Assembly (NCBI GenBank): GCA_964016885.1
Contig: OZ024740.1
Location: forward strand, 108,438,001-108,502,000
DNA length: 64,000 nt
Reading direction: 5' to 3'
Source: Eledone cirrhosa
Lineage: Eukaryota
Shown piece after piece: positions 56,681 to 64,000 of the stretch (positions are counted from its first letter, which is position 1; every line of letters begins with the position of its first letter). Both the position numbers and the translations under genes were made by a program. The notes under the pieces are model-generated. The model saw nothing but the letters and a program-made list of their open reading frames with translations. It had not been told where the DNA came from and searched no databases.

Positions 56681-57084
56681 CTAACTGGCTGTTCTCCACA
56701 CCAATGCTCTTGCCTTCTTGTCTGCAGACCACAGTTAAGATACACTGTCCTACCAAGCAGGTAGAGTTTGCCTCCTGCCTATTCACCCCTTTTTTCTTTC
56801 TTTTTTTTTTTGTCTTTAAATGGTAAAAATTATACAGAACATATTAATAAACTGTAAAGTCAGAACTTCTATTTACATATAAGATACACCATATGGACAC
56901 TAAAATCTACTGCTTAGATATTTAGATTTAATCTTTCACATAATTTATACTTATCATTCACTCTTCGTGATCGTTTTCAAATTTATTCAAAACAAAGATA
57001 TTTAACCCTTTAAACACTAACCTGCCTGAAAACCTCTCTATTAAAGTGTTAAAATTTAAATTAAAACCTTGGGCTGATAGGGCA

Positions 57085-57300
57085 ATAGATTGGCAGTGTT
57101 GGTAGATCATCGGACAAAATGCTTTGCACTATTTAGTTATGACTTTCTTCATTCTGAGTTCAAATCCCACCGAGGTCAACTTGCCTTTCATCTTTTTGGG
57201 GTCAATAAAATAAAGTAACAGGTATATACTGGGGTTGATATAATCGACTTTCTCTTTCTCTTCCAAAATTGATGGCCTTGTACCAATGCTAGAAAGAATT
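57085..57300 (+). mobile_element. Old tRNA-derived SINE, Nin/Deu-like
   Basis: GAGTTCAAATCCC, GCCTTTCATC..GGGGTCAATAAAATAAAGTA. Confidence 0.65.
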
Positions 57301-57483
57301 ATTCCATGATAGATAATATTAGATTTCAAAAGTTAAATATATGTCTTTTCTTATTAAGTTGAAAGTATGCTAGCTTCAGTAGTGCATAGTCTAAAATTGG
57401 AACACTACAAAGAGGATTATTAAGGTGAACGTTAGTTTTCATTAGATCTCTCATAATTCTTGGTTACTTCCATTATTAAACTC

Positions 57484-57665
57484 GGTGGATTGGCAGTATC
57501 GGTAGAGGGTCGGATGCCATGCTTTCCAGCATAGTTACATCCCTTTACGATCTGAGTTCAAATCCCGCTGAGGTTGACTTTGCCTTTCATCCTTACGGGG
57601 TCGATAAAATAAAGTACCAGTAATGCACTGGGTAATTGCTGGCCTTGTGCCTAAAGTAGAAACAA
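57484..57665 (+). mobile_element. Old tRNA-derived SINE, Nin/Deu-like
   Basis: GAGTTCAAATCCC, GCCTTTCATCCTTACGGGGTCGATAAAATAAAGTACCAG. Confidence 0.7.
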
Positions 57666-58758
57666 TTATTAAACTACAAAAGCAATAATATATTTCTGTT
57701 AGGAATATTTTCACAAAAGGATTAAAAATAACTTTGGCATTTATAGGTTCCACCTCACTGAAGATGTCACCATATGTGTGTATGTGTGTGCATATGTATG
57801 TGTGCATGAGAGAGAGAGAGAGATTCTAAGCAATAAACTTTATATAATTTAGAAGACAGGAAATATTATTTGAATATCTAACAGGTTTGTGAGTTATAAG
57901 TGGAATGTGTTGGTGTCCTTGATGGTGGAATGAATCTAAAATAAATCCACTATGCATGGAGTATCAGAAATATTCAGTTAAATTTATACCTACAATTCTA
58001 GCCTTGTTGTTATCTAATCTAAACTACTTAGTGAAGCTAAAACTGTAGACATATCCTACATAAAAAATATTTAGATTATCCAATAAGTTCATTAATGAAT
58101 TAATTTATTAACAATATAGAATAATTACTCTAATCATTAACTCTTAATGTCCTGTTCCGCATGATACCTCATTCTCAAAAAGTGCAAAGCATGACTGCAT
58201 CACACTCATCATCATCATCATTGTCATTGTTTTTACGTCAACTTTTTCATGCAACAAATGCATTCTCAATGATTCAATACAATAACTTAAATTGATTTCA
58301 ATTGATTGAAAAACTTGGGGAGCATCTAAAATGGTTGTAGATTTATTAAATTGATTACATCAAAAATTACAACACCATATAAAGTTGTAGATATAAAGCT
58401 TATATAAGCACACGGGTAGCCCTACCTATTCACTCAAACACCTACATAAACCTACATCCACGAAAAGAAATAGGGCCGATGCTTATGTATACCCAATATC
58501 TCAAATCACATCAAACACTGTAGTTTTTGTAGAATCACCAGTCTGAAGAGCAGATCGATAATGGAGTAAAATATATATTAAAATAACAGATTAAAGTTTA
58601 AGCAAAGAATCGCTGCTTTCACCCTTAACGGGATCTTCTGAAATTAAAAGAACGCAGAAGTAAATATTTCGAAAAACGTTATCTAATGCAGAAAACCAGA
58701 CATACAGACTAAGAAAAAGAGGGGAATGTTGTGCGATGTCATAAGAAAAAGTGAGGAA

Positions 58759-58777
58759 TGACGTATAACCGGAAGTG
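58759..58777. promoter_or_regulatory. Candidate housekeeping promoter: CRE half-site TGACGT + ETS site CCGGAAGT
   Basis: TGACGTATAACCGGAAGTG in unique sequence with several nearby CpGs. Confidence 0.4.
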
Positions 58778-59381
58778 TTGACATTTGAAATGTTAAAGAA
58801 GTGAATATTTAAATAATGTCTTTAATCTTTTAACAAAATTCAGTAGACAAAAATACCCTCACTTTTTTACTTGGAAAAAGTTACATCTATGGTTCAAATT
58901 TGGTGCTGTTTGGTCCAACCGTTTGGCAGAAAGTTTACCTACATACGGCCGTCAGCTTTATAGTATAGATGTATATGTATATATATATGTATATATATAT
59001 GTATATATATATATGTATATATATGTATATATATATGTATATATATGTATATATATATGTATATATATATATGTATATATATGTATATATATATATATAT
59101 ATATGTATATGTATACATATCAAAGGTATATATTGAGTTAGAAACTCAAAATAGTCTCTTACATTTAAATAGCTCAAGGAAAGAGATTTTTCCGAGCCAT
59201 GTAATATAATTGAATATAAAAGAGAGATAAACACAGATATAAACATATATGTATTCAAATAGTAAGGGACCATATTCGCTAGGGTGAAAAAATACTAACT
59301 ATGAACAATATGGTTTGCCAGACTCAATTTAAAATAATAGATCAAGAAAAGAAATACAAACCGATATTGAGGCAACTGCCA

Positions 59382-59461
59382 GACACCCAGACAGCTTTTG
59401 GTGATGCTGTTTCGCAATTTTAGCAGGGAATTACCAATTCTTTTGCTCATCAGTAGGTGTC
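59382..59461 (-). ncRNA. Type I hammerhead ribozyme with intact core
   Basis: GACACCTA-CTGATGA-GCAA..TTGC-GAA-ACAGC(ATCACCAAAA)GCTGT-C-TGGGTGTC; GUC cleavage site. Confidence 0.88.
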
Positions 59462-59935
59462 AAATTAGTAAACCCTTCACTTCTAAGTATCTCAGAAGAC
59501 TGAATAGTGTGCATATATAAAATAACGCACATGACATCAGAACCTAGCGTGTCTCATAAATGTATACTACTAAAAATAGCAGCCAAGTTTAGTCGACATT
59601 GAAATTAGCTCTAGAAAATTGAAGGAGCCAAATATATCAAAGGTATATGTTGAGTTAGAAACTCAAAATAGCCTCTTACAATTAAATAGCTCAAGGAAAG
59701 AGATTTTTCCGAGCCGTGTAATATAATTGTAAGAGACTATTTTGAGTTTCTACCTTTGATATATTTGGCTCCTTCAATTTTGTAGAGCTAATTTCAATGT
59801 CGACTAAACTTGGCTGCTATTTTTAGTAGTATACATTTATGAGACACGCTAGGTTCTGATGTCATGTGCATTATTTTATATATGCACACTATTCAGTCTT
59901 CTGAGATACTTAGAAGTGAAGAGTTTACTAATTTT

Positions 59936-60013
59936 ACACCCACTGATGAGCAAAAGAATTGGTAATTCCCTGCTAAAATTGCAAAACAGCATCACCAAAA
60001 GCTGTCTGGGTGT
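59936..60013 (+). ncRNA. Type I hammerhead, inverted copy with G12A core mutation
   Basis: ACACCCA-CTGATGA-GCAA..TTGC-AAA-ACAGC..GCTGT-C-TGGGTGT. Confidence 0.75.
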
Positions 60014-60192
60014 CTGGCACTTGCCTCAATATCGGTTTGTATTTCTTTTCTTGATCTATTATTTTAAATTGAGTCTGGCAAACCCTATTGTCCATAGTTA
60101 GTATTTTATTCACCCTAGCAAATCTGGTCCCTTACTATTTGAACACATATGTGTTTATATCTGTGTTTATCTTTCTTTTATATTCAATTATA

Positions 60193-60580
60193 TCATCATC
60201 ATCATCATTTTACGTCCGCTTTTCCCTGCTTGCAAGGGTGGGACGGGAACTGATTCTGGCTTGGTTTCTACAGTTGGATGCCCTTCCTAACACCAACCTC
60301 ATTTATAGTGAGTGCTGGGTGCTTTTTTTCCGTGGCACCTCCACGACCACTTTACAGTGTGGGCTGGGTGCTTTTTTTGCCATGGCACCTCCACGACCAC
60401 TTTGCAGTGGAATGATAGGGACCCCAGTCCCTATCATCTCATTTCTACAGCTGAGTAAACTGGAGCAATGTGAAATAAAGTGTCTTGCTCAAGGAAACAA
60501 CACATCACCCAGTCTGAGAATTGAACTCACAACCTTTCCATTGCAAGGCCAATGCTCTAACCACTAAACCATGTGTCTCC
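60193..60580 (-). mobile_element. tRNA-derived SINE (same family as 46999) with one extra 3' module
   Basis: Reverse complement of 46999-47349; duplicated ~47-bp module. Confidence 0.88.
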
Positions 60581-60771
60581 ATATATGTATACATATATAT
60601 TTATATATATATATATACATATATATACAGAGAGAGAGAGAGGAGGAGGAAGATTGCGTATGTGTGTGTGTATATATATACATGCATATGTGTACATATA
60701 ATACATGTATATGTGTGTGTTTTTATATATATACTAATTATCAATAATGAATTATTTTTCTTACTTTATAG

Positions 60772-60850
60772 GATACTTCTATGCCAAATGGTTGTCAATT
60801 GATGACAGATTCAGCTGATTCTCTCAGTATACCTTTAGCACAAAAACTTG
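60772..60850 (+). other. Candidate 79-bp host exon
   Basis: TTATTTTTCTTACTTTATAG acceptor, TTG|GTATGT donor; open frame DTSMPNGCQLMTDSADSLSIPLAQKL. Confidence 0.45.
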
Positions 60851-61384
60851 GTATGTATCATCTTTACACTTATTATTTATTGATTTATTAATTGTTCTTA
60901 TAACTGTAATAGGAAAGTCGAGGGGCCAGTAGTGCTCTTTGGCACCTTGACAATTCCCCTCCAGTACATTCATCATCATCACCATTGTTTTTACATGCAT
61001 TTTTCCATGCTTACATGGGTTGGATGGGTCCTTTTCAGCACCGCATCTCCCCATTCGTTGCGTTCCTTCATCATCTCTGTGAGTTTCAGCAATTTGAGAT
61101 CAGGTCTTCTTTGGTCTACCTCTACTGTGGTTTCCTTCTACTAGGATTTCTCAACACTTCTTCATCCAATGATCATCATCGATATGTATCACATGTCCAT
61201 ACCAATGTAGTGCAGTCTTCTCTCCTGCATACCACCTCATATTACTCGGATACCTTATAGGAGAATTTTAATATATTTGCATTAAAGATTTTGATACCAA
61301 ATTACCTGGAACTAGTCCAGTTTCTATGATACAAAATTGTTTGTTTTAAAAATGTGGTATTGCCAGAGTTATGACAAAATGTTC

Positions 61385-61740
61385 CAAGTACACACTGTAA
61401 AGCAGTTGGTGTTAGGAAGGGTATCCAGCCATAGAAACCATGCTGCCAGTATATGCTGTAAAGTGGTTGATGTTAGGGAGCACATCCAGCCATAGAAACC
61501 ATTCTCCCAGTATATGCCGTAAAGTGGTTGATGTTAGGGAGAGCATCCAACCATAGAAATCATGCTCCCAGTACATGCTGTAAGGTTGTTGGTGTTAGGA
61601 ACAGTATCCAGCCATAGAAACCAATCCAAACAAGCAAAACGTGGTCACCTGACCAGTCTAGTCTCTTAGCACACAACAACCCATCTAACCCATGCAAGCA
61701 AGGAAAATAGATGTTACATAGTGATGATGATGATCATCAT
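61385..61740 (+). repeat. Four 60-bp tandem copies of a SINE/RTE 3' tail module followed by the element end
   Basis: CAGTA..CTGTAAAGTGGTTGGTGTTAGGAAGGG..TCCAGCCATAGAAACC at 60-bp period; (GAT)n end. Confidence 0.8.
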
Positions 61741-61810
61741 CATCAACTAAAAACATTCCGTTATAATTTATACAAAAGCCATTTTTAAATTGTTCCAAAC
61801 ACTATCTTAA

Positions 61811-62030
61811 CCCTTAGCATTTATATTACTGTATATTTACTATTGCTTTTCATGGTAAACACTTTATTTCACATAATTATCTCACATTATATCTAATCTA
61901 CGAGATTTTGATATTATTTATTTTGAGAACAATACCTTAAAGTCAGTATGAGCAGCCGGTTATGGTCAGTTTAAACAGAAAGAGGTGAGAAAATTCCTGC
62001 CAGATACATCCAGTTTTAAATGCTAATGGT
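61811..62030. mobile_element. piggyBac-like MITE
   Basis: TTAA|CCCTTAGCATTTA...TAAATGCTAATGGT|TTAA. Confidence 0.65.
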
Positions 62031-63362
62031 TTAATAATCAAAATTTATTTTATTAAATCACTCAAAATTTTTGATTATTTTCAAAATAATTTGAAAATCA
62101 CAATGGTAAGAAACACGTGAAGCTACTAACACTTGTAAATTATGTGTAGTGACCCACATCTTTATGGTATCTATTGCTTCTCTATAGACGGTTGGAAGCT
62201 GTTGGTGTATATCTCAAGAATTCAAATTCCTTTGTTCAATAGATCTAATCTAATACAATAACAACAGCAACAACATCAACATTAATAATTGCCAGGAAAT
62301 CATTTTTCCTGCTAAAACAAGGGTTCCAATGACAGACTTCATACTTATGAAGGGGTCCTTTTTGAGTGGAATACCCTTCCTGGCAGCAACACTTTCAGTT
62401 GCTTTAAACAACACACAGGGATACAGTCAACCTATTCTAACAGGATACACACACAACTATCTTCTACCCTAATAATCAATAAAAAAAATTATTAAATTTA
62501 TTCTTTCTTTCCCTTTCTCTCATACATACACTATTCCATCGATTGGTTACAAAAAAGAAGAGATTAAATAGTTCAAATACTGGTTGATGGAAAATTTGGG
62601 TCAACTTAAAAATGTATAGCTATGAAAGAATTCTCAATTCAACTTGACCCAGATTGTTCAGCCATATAATATAATTGAAAAAGTTGTTATTTTATAACAT
62701 GTGTGCACACTGCCATGTCATAATTTTAAAAAACTGCAAATTCTTTTCTGGGCACCTTATTTGCATTAACCATTTTGTGATCATATTTCTGGACCTCAAA
62801 TTACTGAAATTCACGAAGGAGATGATGAAGGAACATGATGAGTGGAGAGATACTGTGCTACGAATGACCCGTCCAACCCATGCAAGTGTGGGAAATGGAC
62901 ATAAAAACAATGATCATGATTTCTAATGAAAAACACTGACTATAATTTTCAAATCATTTCAAAAATGATCAAGAATTTGGAAGGATTTACTATAACTAAC
63001 TTTCTTATTAAAACTGGTATTTGGTGCATAACAAGTGTTCTTACATTTCAGATAAATATAAACACTTTAAAATAAAAAGTTTTGTATCATAGAACCAATT
63101 TTGGTACCAAAATGTTTCTTTGAAGCTAATACTTTAACTCTTAATGTTTTGAACTACATGAAATGCTATTAGCAAGACATTATTGAAAAGTACAAAACAA
63201 CATTATGACTGCATCACATAAAAAATTAAAGTTTTTATTTTAATATTGCAAATTTTCAAAATGATCTGTTCACTAGAAAAGATACTATAATCATTTGAAT
63301 TAACCTACCTGTTTTTAGACATATTCTTATAAATCATTACAGGATGTTAGGAGTTAATTTAA

Positions 63363-63539
63363 CCCTTTAGCATTTACATTACTCTATATTTACTATTGTA
63401 TTTTCATGGTAAAGGCTTTATCTCACATAATTATCTTGCATTATATTGAAAATATAAAATTTTGATGTTATTTATTTGGAGAACAATACCTAAACATTGG
63501 TATGAGTGGCAGGATACAGCCAGTTTAAATGCTAAAGGG
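63363..63539. mobile_element. piggyBac-like MITE
   Basis: TTAA|CCCTTTAGCATTTA...TAAATGCTAAAGGG|TTAA. Confidence 0.8.
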
Positions 63540-64000
63540 TTAAGACTTTGAGTACAAGCATAGTTGTGTCGTAAAGAGGCTTGTTTCATAACTATAGGAC
63601 TGTGGGATCAATCCCATTATGCACAACCTTGTAGAAATGACTTCTACCAGAACCATTTATTCAAGCATGGCAATGTGGTTAGGAAGTCCTTGGTTTTAGG
63701 CTCAATTATAATGTGAAGCACTCAATACCAAACATCTTTTACCATTGGCTTGGGTCAACCAGAGCTAAGCCAACAGTTCAAGCAGGGATCTAGGAAGCCC
63801 ACTTTTTCATCTGTTCTAGTTTGAAATACAATCCTACAACAAAAACATGTAATCCATCCTGTAAGGAGGTTATACTGATAACATGGGAAAAAGGCAGCTA
63901 CAAATGTACCCTATAAGATAGTAGTGCTGGTGACACAACAGAAAAGCACCCAGTAATGGTGGTCATGCTGGTGACATGACAAAAATCACACAGTCCACCC

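Larger units (their letters stand above)
59117..60192. mobile_element. Hammerhead-containing non-coding retroelement: 517-bp monomer with 96-bp terminal redundancy plus an adjacent inverted copy
   Basis: 59117-59212 ~ 59634-59729; 59727-60192 is the reverse complement of the unit; each copy carries one hammerhead. Confidence 0.85.

Noticed and set aside
57755-57775. CTGAAGATG core-like motif
   Set aside because: Runs into a TG repeat with no stem II closure or GAAA.
58535-58625. Hammerhead candidate starting CTGAAGA-GCAG...CTGC
   Set aside because: No GAAA after the putative stem II and no stem I or III.
61385-61625. CRISPR-like periodic repeats (also 53380-53590)
   Set aside because: Whole units are duplicated with no unique spacers; they derive from SINE/LINE tails in eukaryotic DNA; no cas genes.

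Overview
Eukaryotic, repeat-saturated window. The SINE/LINE content suggests a cephalopod (octopus-like) genome; this is inference. No complete host gene is present. About 1-52 kb is a scaffold of long irregular (TA)nTG microsatellite tracts carrying many retroelement insertions: (i) at least 10 copies or fragments of two related RTE-type LINE families (A and B) whose ORF has a PHD-type finger spliced into the RT C-terminal region; (ii) one near-intact RTE LINE with three C-terminal C2H2 fingers; (iii) two CR1/L2-group fragments; (iv) an intact-looking Penelope-like element (RT + GIY-YIG) bounded by hammerhead ribozymes; (v) tRNA-derived SINEs and MITEs. The most notable unannotated signal is a set of type I hammerhead ribozymes from several unrelated sequence families. 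They sit in short non-coding units with terminal redundancy and/or 5' inverted copies, anchored at TA tracts (retrozyme or non-autonomous Penelope-like derivatives). Recurrent foldback palindromes also occur. A ~4.8 kb duplicate beside a 200-N gap is probably an assembly artefact. The 55-61 kb region has a candidate ETS/CRE promoter and two candidate short host exons. The I/Y/M/C-rich ORFs in the track are microsatellite translations, not genes.
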